From assembly GCA_050012475.1 (NCBI GenBank), contig JBEKHC010000090.1, positions 1 through 21,016 of the forward strand: a stretch of DNA of 21,016 bases, read 5' to 3'. Made by a program: the position numbers and the translations under genes. The notes under the pieces are model-generated. The model saw only the letters and a program-made list of their open reading frames with translations, was not told the origin of the DNA and did no database searches. This DNA comes from Candidatus Velthaea sp. (GTDB taxonomy: Bacteria > Vulcanimicrobiota > Vulcanimicrobiia > Vulcanimicrobiales > Vulcanimicrobiaceae). Below, piece by piece: positions 1-9,905 of the stretch. Position 1 is the first letter of the stretch; each line of letters starts with the position of its first letter.

Positions 1-527
1 ATGGCGATCGAGGTGGTCGTGTGGATGTCGCCGTCGGTCGTCGGCGAAACCGGACCGGTTCGCACGGCGGCGATGCGCGCGATCGGCCCGGCCGACGTCG
101 CGCCGGGCGTATAGCCGATGCGCCAGACGGCGTGCTCGGTAGCGGCGTAGATGTTCCCGTCGGGGCCGTAGGTCACGCTTGCCGCAGCGTTGTCGGCCAG
201 GATCGCGAACGTCACCGGCGCCTTCGCGGCGGCCACGCCTTCGGCCGCCGGCACCAGCACGATCGTTGCCCCGAGCGTTCCGACGAGCAGGTCGCCGTTC
301 GGCAGCGCGGCGAGCTCGCGCGCGCCGCCGACGTTCGCCGCGACGCTGACCGCGAAGCCGCTGGGAACGTGCAGTTCCGCCGGTACGCCGCCCGGCCCGC
401 CCAGCGGCGGCGGCGCGCTCGCGGCGCTGCCGCCGCCACCGCAGCCGGCGAGCAACCAGACCAGCGTCGCCGCGCCCGCAGAAAGCGCAACGCGGACGCG
501 CGCCGAACCTCGTGGGAGATGGCACAC
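1..527 (-). CDS. Lipoprotein, glucose/sorbosone (PQQ-type beta-propeller) dehydrogenase family; 5' part only, runs off the window
   Basis: Not in the ORF track. Manual translation from GTG 527 gives ...ARVRVALSAGAATLVWLLAGC (lipobox) GGGGS...LHVPSGFAVSVAANVGGARELAALPNGDLLVG...VTYGPDGNIYAA...DGDIHTTTSIA. This resembles the LxVPxGFxV...RxLAxxPNGDLLV N-terminus of sorbosone dehydrogenase-like proteins. Confidence 0.7.
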   Translation of the reverse strand, partial: MCHLPRGSARVRVALSAGAATLVWLLAGCGGGGSAASAPPPLGGPGGVPAELHVPSGFAVSVAANVGGARELAALPNGDLLVGTLGATIVLVPAAEGVAAAKAPVTFAILADNAAASVTYGPDGNIYAATEHAVWRIGYTPGATSAGPIARIAAVRTGPVSPTTDGDIHTTTSIA

Positions 528-1130
528 GCTCGTTTGATCGTGATCGACTACGGTGGCGGCAATATCGGTTCGCTGGTGGCCGCGCTGGAGCGCCGCGGAG
601 CGGCTTTCGAGCTGAGCGCCGAGCCCGAACGGGTGGCGCAGGCGACGGCGGCGATCTTGCCCGGCGACGGCGCGTTCGGTGCGACGATGCAGGCGCTCGT
701 CGAACGCGGCCTCGATCAGGCCATTCACCGGCACGTCGCGGCCGGCAAGGTGTTCTTGGGCATCTGCGTCGGGATGCAGGCGCTGTTCGAGTCGAGCGAT
801 GAGTATGGCGGTCACGCGGGTCTGGGGATCTTACCCGGAACCGTCAACCGCTTCACGTCTTCACCGCGTGTGCCGCACATGGGGTGGAACGATTTGCGGG
901 TCGAGCGCGAGCACCCGTTCACGGCCGGTTTGTCGGGCGGCGAATACGCGTATTTCCTGCACTCGTACCGCGTGGTCGACAGCGCAGACGTCGTCGCGAG
1001 CGCCGAGTACGGCGAACGCTTCGCTGCCATCGTCGCGCGCGACAACGTCATGGCCACCCAATTCCATCCGGAAAAAAGCGCTCGCACGGGCGGCCTGTTG
1101 CTCGACAACTTCTTGCGCATCGCGGCATAG
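519..1130 (+). CDS. hisH: Imidazole glycerol phosphate synthase, glutaminase subunit
   Basis: IVIDYGGGN, GICVGMQ (catalytic Cys), VPHMGWN, YFLHSY, QFHPEKS (His-Glu). Start is ATG 519 or TTG 534; the ORF extension to position 21 is spurious. Confidence 0.95.
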   Translation: MAHARLIVIDYGGGNIGSLVAALERRGAAFELSAEPERVAQATAAILPGDGAFGATMQALVERGLDQAIHRHVAAGKVFLGICVGMQALFESSDEYGGHAGLGILPGTVNRFTSSPRVPHMGWNDLRVEREHPFTAGLSGGEYAYFLHSYRVVDSADVVASAEYGERFAAIVARDNVMATQFHPEKSARTGGLLLDNFLRIAA

Positions 1131-1145
1131 CGGGAATCGGCAGCG

Positions 1146-1883
1146 ATGACGAACCGAGCGCTGGCGCTGCTCCCGGCCATCGATTTGCGCGCGGGCCGCT
1201 GCGTGCGGCTCGAACGCGGCGACCCGCGGCGGGAAACCCGCTACGACGACGATCCGATCGCCCGCGCCCGCTCGTTCGTTGCCGACGGCGCCGCGCAGTT
1301 GCACGTGGTCGACCTCGACGGTGCGCTGGGAACCGGCGAGAATCAGACCGCGCTGCGCGCGATCTGCGCCGCGGTCGACGTACCGGTGCAGACCGGCGGC
1401 GGAATTCGCGGCGCCGCCGACGTCCGGCGCCGTTTCGATTGCGGCGCCGCAGCGGTCGTCATCGGCACGCTGCTCATCGAGTCGCCCGCCGCAGCGCGCG
1501 CGATCGTAACCGAGTTCGGCGGCGCGATCGTGGCCGGCATCGACGCGCGCGGCGATCGCGTCGCTACCCGCGGCTGGCAAACCGAGACGCCGGTTTCGCG
1601 CGACGACCTCGTGCGCACCGTGGTGGGTTGGGGCGTGCAACGGATCGTGTACACCGAAATCGCGCGCGACGGCATGGGCACCGGCTACGATTTGAACGCG
1701 CTCGCGCACGTCGCCGGGTTGACCCCCGCGCGCATCACCGCCAGCGGCGGCGCCCACACGCTGGCCGATCTCCTCGCGCTGCGCGCCGGCACGCCGGCGA
1801 ATGTCGACACCGCCATCATCGGCCGCGCGCTGTACGAACGCAGCATCGAACTTCCCGCGGCGCTCGCCGCGCTGCAAGCGTGA
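1146..1883 (+). CDS. hisA: ProFAR isomerase (histidine biosynthesis)
   Basis: PAIDLRAGRCVRL, LHVVDLDGA, QTGGGIR, GIDAR...VATRGW, TEIARDG, ASGG, IIGRALY; directly follows hisH. Confidence 0.93.
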   Translation: MTNRALALLPAIDLRAGRCVRLERGDPRRETRYDDDPIARARSFVADGAAQLHVVDLDGALGTGENQTALRAICAAVDVPVQTGGGIRGAADVRRRFDCGAAAVVIGTLLIESPAAARAIVTEFGGAIVAGIDARGDRVATRGWQTETPVSRDDLVRTVVGWGVQRIVYTEIARDGMGTGYDLNALAHVAGLTPARITASGGAHTLADLLALRAGTPANVDTAIIGRALYERSIELPAALAALQA

Positions 1884-1899
1884 GGGGGCGGTTCGCGGC

Positions 1900-3027
1900 T
1901 CAGCGGCCGGCGAGCGCCGGCACGTCGTAGCGCCGCGGAACGTGCGCCGGAATCCGGGTCACCAGTTCGTAGGCGATCGTCCCCGCCCAGCCGGCGGCCT
2001 CTTCGGCATCGATCCGTTCGTCGCCGTCGCTCCCGATCAGCGTGACGACGGCGCGCGGCCCGGCGTGCGGGACGTCGGTTACGTCGACGAACGCCATGTT
2101 CATACAGACCCGGCCGACGAGGGGAACGCGGCGCCCGGCGACGAGGAGCCAGCCGCGATTTGAAGCGCTGCGGGGTAACCCTTCGGCATAGCCGATCGGC
2201 AACACGGCGATCCGCGAGGGCCGCGTGGTGCGGAACGTGCAGCCGTAACCGACCGACGTGTCGGCCGGAACGTCGTGGATCGCGACGATCGTGGTGCGCC
2301 AGGTCAGCGCCGGAATCAGGCGCAAGCCGCGTTCGCGCATGATCGCTTCGGTCGGCCGCGAGGGCCAGATGCCGTAGATCGCGATGCCGGCGCGGACGGC
2401 GCCCAGCCGCGTCTGGGGCCAAAGCATCGCCGCGGCGGAAGCCGCGATGTGCCGTTCGACGGCCGGGTCGAATGCCGCGGTTGCGCGCTCGAACGCGCTG
2501 AGCTGATCGCGGGTGAACGTCGAGGCGATTTCCTCGGCGGCGGCGAGGTGCGAAAAGACGCCTGCAAGCGTATACTCCGGCTGGGCGGCATACCGCTGAA
2601 GCGCTTGGGGCGCTTCGGCGACGGCGACTCCCAAGCGGGTCACCCCCGTGTCGATCTTCGCCTGCACCGCGAACGGAGCGCGGCGCCGGCGCGCGGTGCT
2701 TGCCACTTGCGCGGCATACGTGCCGCGGTCCCAGAGCGTCACCTGAGCGCCGGCGGCGTGGGCGATCTCGAGGTCCGCCGGCGCGATGGGCCCCAGAACG
2801 TGGATCGGCGCCGTCACGGCCGCATCGCGCAGCGCGACGGCTTCGGCCAGTTCGTAGACACACAACCGATCGACGTCGCATTCGATCGCGCGCGCCACGG
2901 GGACCAGGCCGTGTCCGTAGGCGTTGGCCTTGACCACCGCTGCGACCCGCGCGGGCGCGACGAGGCTGCGCAGGGCGCGAATATTGGCCCCAATCGCCGC
3001 CAGGTCGACGATCAGCTCGGCGAGCAC
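1900..3027 (-). CDS. alr: Alanine racemase
   Basis: AVVKANAYGHG (PLP Lys), KIDTGVTRLG, FSHLA, VRAGIAIYG, VGYG, PIGYAEG, GRVCMN, TIAYEL; GTG start. Confidence 0.93.
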   Translation of the reverse strand: MLAELIVDLAAIGANIRALRSLVAPARVAAVVKANAYGHGLVPVARAIECDVDRLCVYELAEAVALRDAAVTAPIHVLGPIAPADLEIAHAAGAQVTLWDRGTYAAQVASTARRRRAPFAVQAKIDTGVTRLGVAVAEAPQALQRYAAQPEYTLAGVFSHLAAAEEIASTFTRDQLSAFERATAAFDPAVERHIAASAAAMLWPQTRLGAVRAGIAIYGIWPSRPTEAIMRERGLRLIPALTWRTTIVAIHDVPADTSVGYGCTFRTTRPSRIAVLPIGYAEGLPRSASNRGWLLVAGRRVPLVGRVCMNMAFVDVTDVPHAGPRAVVTLIGSDGDERIDAEEAAGWAGTIAYELVTRIPAHVPRRYDVPALAGR

Positions 3028-3033
3028 TGCCGC

Positions 3034-3510
3034 CTAGGTCGGCCGGTAGAAGCGCGCGTTGATGAGCGCGACTGGTATCCCGTAGCAAACGACGTGGGCG
3101 ACGATCCCGGCGTCGAATTCCAGGATACTGGGGTTGTGATATACGTTCGCTGCAAAGAGCATGAACTGCATTGCGAAGTACACCAAGATCCCGAACATCG
3201 CGCCCGAGATGAGCGGTCGCGTGAGCAGATGGCGCTGGCGCCGGGCCGCGATCGCATAGCCGATGGCCCAACCGACCGCAACGAGAAAGTGCAGCGCGAC
3301 GCCCAGCGCGACGTACGCGCTGCTGGTATACGCGACCTTGCCGACGAGTGCGGAGGCGTCGAACTGGAACATCCCGGCCAGCGTCAAGCCCGGGACCGGC
3401 AGGACGAGCAGGGCAAAGAATGCGTTGGCGGCCAGGATCGTCACACCCGCGATGAGGCCCGCGATGATGGCCCCCGCGAGGGTACGAGGGCGCGTAAAGT
3501 CCCGGGTCAT
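3034..3510 (-). CDS. Multi-pass membrane protein of unknown function (about 4 TM helices)
   Basis: From ATG 3510 ([10 protein letters not shown]...): hydrophobic segments including [24 protein letters not shown] and [11 protein letters not shown]. Stop lies 6 nt before the alr start. Confidence 0.8.
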   Translation of the reverse strand: MTRDFTRPRTLAGAIIAGLIAGVTILAANAFFALLVLPVPGLTLAGMFQFDASALVGKVAYTSSAYVALGVALHFLVAVGWAIGYAIAARRQRHLLTRPLISGAMFGILVYFAMQFMLFAANVYHNPSILEFDAGIVAHVVCYGIPVALINARFYRPT

Positions 3511-3606
3511 CAGGCGATCTTCGGCACCCCGCGCGGCGTTCCGGTGCGGAGCGCGGGCGGCCGGTGATCGACCGCTCGCTGCCGCGACAAAAGGCGGGGC
3601 GAACCT

Positions 3607-3633
3607 CTTGCACTCGGCGATGGAGTCTGCTAA
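3607..3633 (+). promoter_or_regulatory. CIRCE element 1 (HrcA operator) overlapping the groES promoter
   Basis: CTTGCACTC-N9-GTCTGCTAA versus consensus TTAGCACTC-N9-GAGTGCTAA. Confidence 0.8.
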
Positions 3634-3636
3634 TCT
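3608..3636 (+). promoter_or_regulatory. Sigma70-type promoter of groESL
   Basis: TTGCAC (3608-3613), 17 bp, TAATCT (3631-3636), with a TG extended -10 at 3628-3629. SD GGAGG at 3691-3695. Confidence 0.8.
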
Positions 3637-3644
3637 GTATCCCG

Positions 3645-3671
3645 CTGGCACTCGTGTGCTGGAAGTGCCAA
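3645..3671 (+). promoter_or_regulatory. CIRCE element 2 (HrcA operator)
   Basis: CTGGCACTC-N9-AAGTGCCAA just downstream of the -10 box, upstream of groES. Confidence 0.88.
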
Positions 3672-3704
3672 TTCAAGCCTATTCGTAGTTGGAGGAAGTT
3701 TTTC

Positions 3705-4022
3705 GTGAATTTGAAGCCACTGGGCGATCGTGTCGTCGTCGAGCACGTCGAGCAGGCTGAGAAGACCGCCGGCGGCGTTTTTCTCCCTGATACGGCCAAA
3801 GAGAAGCCGCAAGAGGGTCGTGTTCTGGCTGTTGGAACCGGCCGCACGCTCGACAATGGCACCGTGTTGCCGATGAGCGTCAGCGTCGGCGATAAGATCA
3901 TCTACTCGAAGTACTCGGGTAGCGAGATCAAACTAGAAGGCAAAGAAGTCCTCATTATTTCGGAAAAAGACGTTCTCGCGATTGTCAGCGATGAGCGCGT
4001 TCCGGTTGGAGCAAAGAACTAG
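3705..4022 (+). CDS. groES: Co-chaperonin GroES
   Basis: GTG start after [46 protein letters not shown]. Confidence 0.97.
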   Translation: MNLKPLGDRVVVEHVEQAEKTAGGVFLPDTAKEKPQEGRVLAVGTGRTLDNGTVLPMSVSVGDKIIYSKYSGSEIKLEGKEVLIISEKDVLAIVSDERVPVGAKN

Positions 4023-5672
<1,650 letters not shown>

Positions 5673-5733
5673 CCTTCGCCCGCGTGCGAGGTTCGCCGGC
5701 GTAGAACGTCGTCGAGCTTCACCAGGCGAACTC

Positions 5734-5772
5734 GAGAAGCTCCGGACAACCGTCCGGGGCTTCTTGCGTTTT
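5734..5772 (+). terminator. Intrinsic terminator of groESL
   Basis: GAGAAGCTCCGGAC-AACC-GTCCGGGGCTTCTT stem (with G-U pairs) followed by GCGTTTT. Confidence 0.75.
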
Positions 5773-5868
5773 CGCCCTACCCCACGGCAAAGTGCGCTCG
5801 TACGGCGCATCGTGGCTCTCGGGAACGGACACAGTGGGTACTTGGAGAAACGTCCAGCTTCGTTTGGC

Positions 5869-5956
5869 GGCAAATCTTTACAAACGACGCGGAGATACGG
5901 AGCACAAAGCCTGCGCGTCTGAAATGCCGATATGAATACGAGCGTGGGTTATCCGG
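5869..5956 (+). promoter_or_regulatory. Possible cis-regulatory RNA, partly resembling a c-di-GMP-I (GEMM) riboswitch
   Basis: GGCAAA...CAAAGCC...TCTGAA...TACGA...GGGTTATCCG in GEMM order; AGCCTGCGC (5908-5916) can pair with GCGTGGGTT (5942-5950). The P2/GNRA arm is not canonical. Confidence 0.3.
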
Positions 5957-6007
5957 AGGTCGAGTTTCTCGCCGGTTCATCCCGTAGCTCACCCGCTTCG
6001 TTGAAAG

Positions 6008-9000
6008 TTGACGCGACTCGTGAAACGCCTCATCGCGATGACTTTGAGCCGCTTGGCGTGTTTGCTGGTCGTCGTGTACGTCGCGAGCGCCGCGTCTGCT
6101 TCGATTCTCGTCAACAAAGCGTTCGCGCCCACGACGGTGGGTTTGGGTGTCACCTCCATCGTGACGGTCACGCTGCAGAACACGTCCACGGCCACCTCGG
6201 CGACGATCACGTCGTTCTCGGACGACATCGCGACCATGGGTGGCTACGCGCAGATCGCGATGCCCAGCGGGATCGCGACGACGTGCGCTGGCGGGAGCGC
6301 CGCTGTCTCCGGCACGGTCGTCACGCTGACGGGCGGTGTGATCCCGGTCGCCGCCGACTCAACGCATCCCGGCACGTGCACGGTCACTTTCAACGTCGTC
6401 GGTGCCGTCGCCGGCAACGGGATCAATACCATCGCGGTCGGCGCGCTGGTCACCAATCAAGGATCGAACGCGACGGCTGCCTCGCAAACGCTGCAAGTTC
6501 AGAGCGCAAACTTGACGACTGCGGGTTCGGCGACGACGACGGTGTTGGCGTCCGCTACGGCGACACAAACGTACACCGTCACAAATCCAGCCTCGGCCCC
6601 GATCACCAACACCCATTTGGCGATCGCGCTTAGCGGTGCGTCGGGCGCGACGTTCTCGGTAACGAGCGCGGCCACCTCATGCGGCGGTGGGGTCGCCTTG
6701 ACGACGTTTCCGGCGACGAGCGGAACCGCGACGGCAACCGGCCTGACGATACCGGCGAACGGCTCGTGTACGATAACTTTGACGTTGAGCGATCCGAACG
6801 CAACCGCGGGTACCATCAACGGTACGCTCGCGGCGGCGGCGATTTCCGATAACCAGGGCATCACGAACGGCGCAGCCGCGACGAGCAGCTCGAAGTTCAT
6901 CACCGGCTATCCGAACTTCGCCATGTCCTTTTCGCCGTCGAGCGTCGTTGCCGGTGCAACGTCACGCCTAACCGTGACGATCGCCAATGTCGTCACCTCG
7001 CCGCTCACAAGCGTCGGGTTTAGCGATACGCTGCCGGCGAACATGACGCTCGACAGCGTCCCCGCAGCCACGCAAACGAATTGCGGCAGCGGTACCGTTG
7101 GCGGTGCGGGAACGGGAACGTTCACCTTCAGCGGGGCGACTACCGCTGCGGCTTCGACGCTGGGGACAAGCAATGCCGGTTCAAAGTGCACCATAACGGT
7201 CACCGTCGATACGTCGGCCAGCGCCGGCGGCACGCTCACGAACTCGATCGCGGCAGCCGGTCTGACCGACGCGCAGGGCCTTCCAGGCGCGAGCACGGCG
7301 ACCGCCATCCTCACCGTCTCGGGCCCCGAGTTGACCGCATCGGAAAACTTTACGAACAACGCTGCGGCACGGAATTCGCCGTCGACGGTCACGCTCAAGT
7401 TCACCAACGTGACCGGATCGCCGCTGACCACCGGTACGTTCACCGACGATCTGCCGCAGTCGCCCGTCTCGATGCTGTACTATCCTGGGTTCACGCCCAC
7501 GTTCTCGGGCTGCTCGGGCGGAACGCTCACATCGAGCGGCGCGAATACGATTGTTACCGGTACCGGCCTGACCATCAATGCCAACTCAACGTGCACCGTA
7601 ACGTTTCAGGTTACCCTGGCGTCGGGCCCTCCGGTGCAATCGGATGTCAATACGATTCCCGCGGCCAATATCACCTTTACCGACAGCGGCTCGAATACCG
7701 TCAACCCGACGGCCTCGATCTCAGACACGCTGAGCACCGAAGCGGCATTTACCGTTAAAAACTTCTTGGCCGACTACACCGGCCTTGCGAATCAGCCGGT
7801 AACGGTCACCGGCGAGATACTCGATAATGCTGCGAGCGGTGTTGCGGACGCCAACGTTGTTGCAACGTTTGTGCTCAGCACGACGCACAAGATGTGGCTG
7901 GCATCCAATCCGAACGTTCAGATTTCCGGCGGCCCGTCGTGCAGCGGCTTATCGGTCAACGCCGCGCCGTTCGCCGAAACGTTCACGGTTACCGGCGCCT
8001 CGCTGAGCGACACCTGCACCGTCAGCTACAACGTCGTCAACGAGAGCGCGGTCTCCGGGTCGTCGGCCGCGTATAGTCCCGGCACGAGCAGTTATACCAG
8101 TAGCGAAAACAACGGGACGAGCACGACGGGCGGCTCGAAGACCGCCACGTTCTACACGACATCGCTGCTGGTGAATCAGGCGTTCACGCCGAATTCGATC
8201 ACCTCGGGTGCTTCGGCGACGGCGACGATCACGCTCGACGTCGCCAGTGTTTCGCAACTGGCTCAGACGCAAGCGAACGGCGTGACCTTTAGCGACGCGC
8301 TGCCCAGCAACGTGACTTTTGCGAGCGCACCAAACGTCACGTTCAGCGCGGGCTGTCAGCAGAACGGTCAGGCAGCACCATCGGACGTCATCTCCGGAAC
8401 GACGATTACGTTCGCGAACATCTCGTTGCTGACCGCGGGCACGAGTCAAACCGACTGCAACGTGACGTTCAACGTGACGTCGTATTCTTTAGGCAACGCG
8501 ACCAGCACCATCGCCGCCGGAGCCATCGCGTCGACGAGCGGAGCGACCAATGCCCAGGCGGCAGCCGCTTCGTTGACCGTCGTCGCCGGCGTCGCTTTAC
8601 AGCAATCGTTTCTGACTTCGCCGTTCGCGATCGGCGACGTCGACTACGTGCGCTTCGTCATCGTCAACAGCAGCGTCGGAGCGCTGACATCGGGCGCTTT
8701 GACCGATAGCCTGCCCGCCTCTCTCGCGCTCGCGAGCGCGACCGCGCAGCCGCCCGCGCAAACCGGCGATCCGGCTTCGTGCGGCGGTACCGTGAGCGGG
8801 GCGGTTGGCGGCAACACGTTTGGGCTTTCGGGGATGAACGTCGCCGGTGCAACCGGCTCGTCGACACCGGGCGAGTGCGTCCGCTACGTGCAAGTCGCTG
8901 CGTCGTCGAACGCGAGCCCGGGCTCCGTCCAAAATTCGGTCCCCGCCGCGGCCCTGACCATCGGCGGGCTCCCGAACCAAACCGCGGCCAACGCGTCCGT

Positions 9001-9838
9001 GACCTTGAGCGCGGCGCCGAATGTTACGCTTGCGCAGGCATTCACTCCGGCGTCCATCGCGTCGCTGGGCGTGTCGCAACTGCTCATTAGTATCGCGAAT
9101 TCCGGAACCTTGCCCGCTGCGCTAAGCGGGATGGCGCTGACCGATACGCTGCCCACCGGCGTGAGCGTCGCGTCTCCGGCGAACGCCGCGACGACTTGCG
9201 GCGGCGGCACCATCGCTGCGGCAACCGGCGCCGGCGCAGTCACGTTCTCGGGTGGGAGCCTCGCCGCGAACGCGTCGTGCACGATCGCCGTCAGCGTTAC
9301 GGGCGCGGCGGCGAACACGTATGCCAACGCGATTGCCGCGGGCGCGTTGACGACGACACAAGGCGCGACAAATTCTGGTCCCGTTACCGCCAACCTGGCG
9401 GTAACAGCTACGCCCGCGCCGAGTCCGTCGCCGTCACCGAGCCCGTCGCCGTCGCCGAGTCCGTCGGCCACGCCAGCGTTGTCGCTGGTTTTGTCCGCGT
9501 CGACGTCGACGGTCGGCACCCAAACCGAAATCACGTATTCCGAAGATTTTTCGAACGGCGGCAGCGTTCCGCTGGTCCTCAACACGATCACGATCCCGAT
9601 TCCGAGTTCGACCTGCTTCGCACTCGGATCGGCGTCGACACCGGCGCTGCCGGCGGGGCTCACTGCAACGATAAGCTATTTCGACCGCAACAATTCGACA
9701 TACACTCCGGCCAGCGGATCGTGCGGTTCGGCGACGACGGGCTACGACGCGCAGGTGAGCAAGGTGCTCTGGACGTTTACCGGTACGCTAAACGTGACAG
9801 CGGGTGGAACGATCAAAGCATCGACGCTTGTTCCCTGA
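6008..9838 (+). CDS. Large secreted Ala/Thr/Ser/Gly-rich repeat protein: 8 Ig-like repeats (DUF11/DUF7933-like), PS linker, C-terminal DUF11-like domain; putative adhesin or surface protein
   Basis: Signal peptide KRLIAMTLSRLACLLVVVYVASAASA|S. Repeats of ~135-140 aa with the pattern xFxPxxxxxGxxSxLTxTIxN...SDxLP...C-GG...CTxTxxV...N, each with two Cys. Start uncertain (TTG 6008, GTG 6020 or ATG 6038). Confidence 0.88.
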   Translation: MTRLVKRLIAMTLSRLACLLVVVYVASAASASILVNKAFAPTTVGLGVTSIVTVTLQNTSTATSATITSFSDDIATMGGYAQIAMPSGIATTCAGGSAAVSGTVVTLTGGVIPVAADSTHPGTCTVTFNVVGAVAGNGINTIAVGALVTNQGSNATAASQTLQVQSANLTTAGSATTTVLASATATQTYTVTNPASAPITNTHLAIALSGASGATFSVTSAATSCGGGVALTTFPATSGTATATGLTIPANGSCTITLTLSDPNATAGTINGTLAAAAISDNQGITNGAAATSSSKFITGYPNFAMSFSPSSVVAGATSRLTVTIANVVTSPLTSVGFSDTLPANMTLDSVPAATQTNCGSGTVGGAGTGTFTFSGATTAAASTLGTSNAGSKCTITVTVDTSASAGGTLTNSIAAAGLTDAQGLPGASTATAILTVSGPELTASENFTNNAAARNSPSTVTLKFTNVTGSPLTTGTFTDDLPQSPVSMLYYPGFTPTFSGCSGGTLTSSGANTIVTGTGLTINANSTCTVTFQVTLASGPPVQSDVNTIPAANITFTDSGSNTVNPTASISDTLSTEAAFTVKNFLADYTGLANQPVTVTGEILDNAASGVADANVVATFVLSTTHKMWLASNPNVQISGGPSCSGLSVNAAPFAETFTVTGASLSDTCTVSYNVVNESAVSGSSAAYSPGTSSYTSSENNGTSTTGGSKTATFYTTSLLVNQAFTPNSITSGASATATITLDVASVSQLAQTQANGVTFSDALPSNVTFASAPNVTFSAGCQQNGQAAPSDVISGTTITFANISLLTAGTSQTDCNVTFNVTSYSLGNATSTIAAGAIASTSGATNAQAAAASLTVVAGVALQQSFLTSPFAIGDVDYVRFVIVNSSVGALTSGALTDSLPASLALASATAQPPAQTGDPASCGGTVSGAVGGNTFGLSGMNVAGATGSSTPGECVRYVQVAASSNASPGSVQNSVPAAALTIGGLPNQTAANASVTLSAAPNVTLAQAFTPASIASLGVSQLLISIANSGTLPAALSGMALTDTLPTGVSVASPANAATTCGGGTIAAATGAGAVTFSGGSLAANASCTIAVSVTGAAANTYANAIAAGALTTTQGATNSGPVTANLAVTATPAPSPSPSPSPSPSPSPSATPALSLVLSASTSTVGTQTEITYSEDFSNGGSVPLVLNTITIPIPSSTCFALGSASTPALPAGLTATISYFDRNNSTYTPASGSCGSATTGYDAQVSKVLWTFTGTLNVTAGGTIKASTLVP
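9419..9466 (+). repeat. Coding tandem repeat encoding (Pro-Ser)8
   Basis: CCGAGTCCGTCGCCGTCA CCGAGCCCGTCGCCGTCG CCGAGTCCGTCG: 6-nt units with an 18-nt super-period. Confidence 0.9.
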
Positions 9839-9905
9839 TAATCGTCCGGTTCGAGTGAGCTCCGCGCTCCGGCGTTGGACTCGTACGTGCGCTCAGCGCC
9901 TGCCA

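Noticed and set aside
21..518. N-terminal extension of the hisH ORF
   Set aside because: Arg-rich antisense shadow of the minus-strand lipoprotein gene; HisH homology begins at 519-534.
1146..1883. Bifunctional PriA instead of HisA (RGW motif present)
   Set aside because: It has HisA-type GGGIR rather than PriA-type SGGIR; RGW alone is not diagnostic.
1685..3901. 738-aa minus-strand ORF
   Set aside because: Alternate-frame and antisense product across alr and groES; Arg/Pro-rich with no recognisable motifs.
5978..6000. c-di-AMP (ydaO) riboswitch-like 3' segment CCCGTAGCTCACCCG
   Set aside because: The upstream conserved GGGGA/GGGGUGAAU elements are missing.
6101..9405. Repeats as a DNA-level array or diversity-generating cassette
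   Set aside because: The repeats are recognisable only at protein level; there are no near-identical nucleotide copies and no reverse transcriptase or recombinase.
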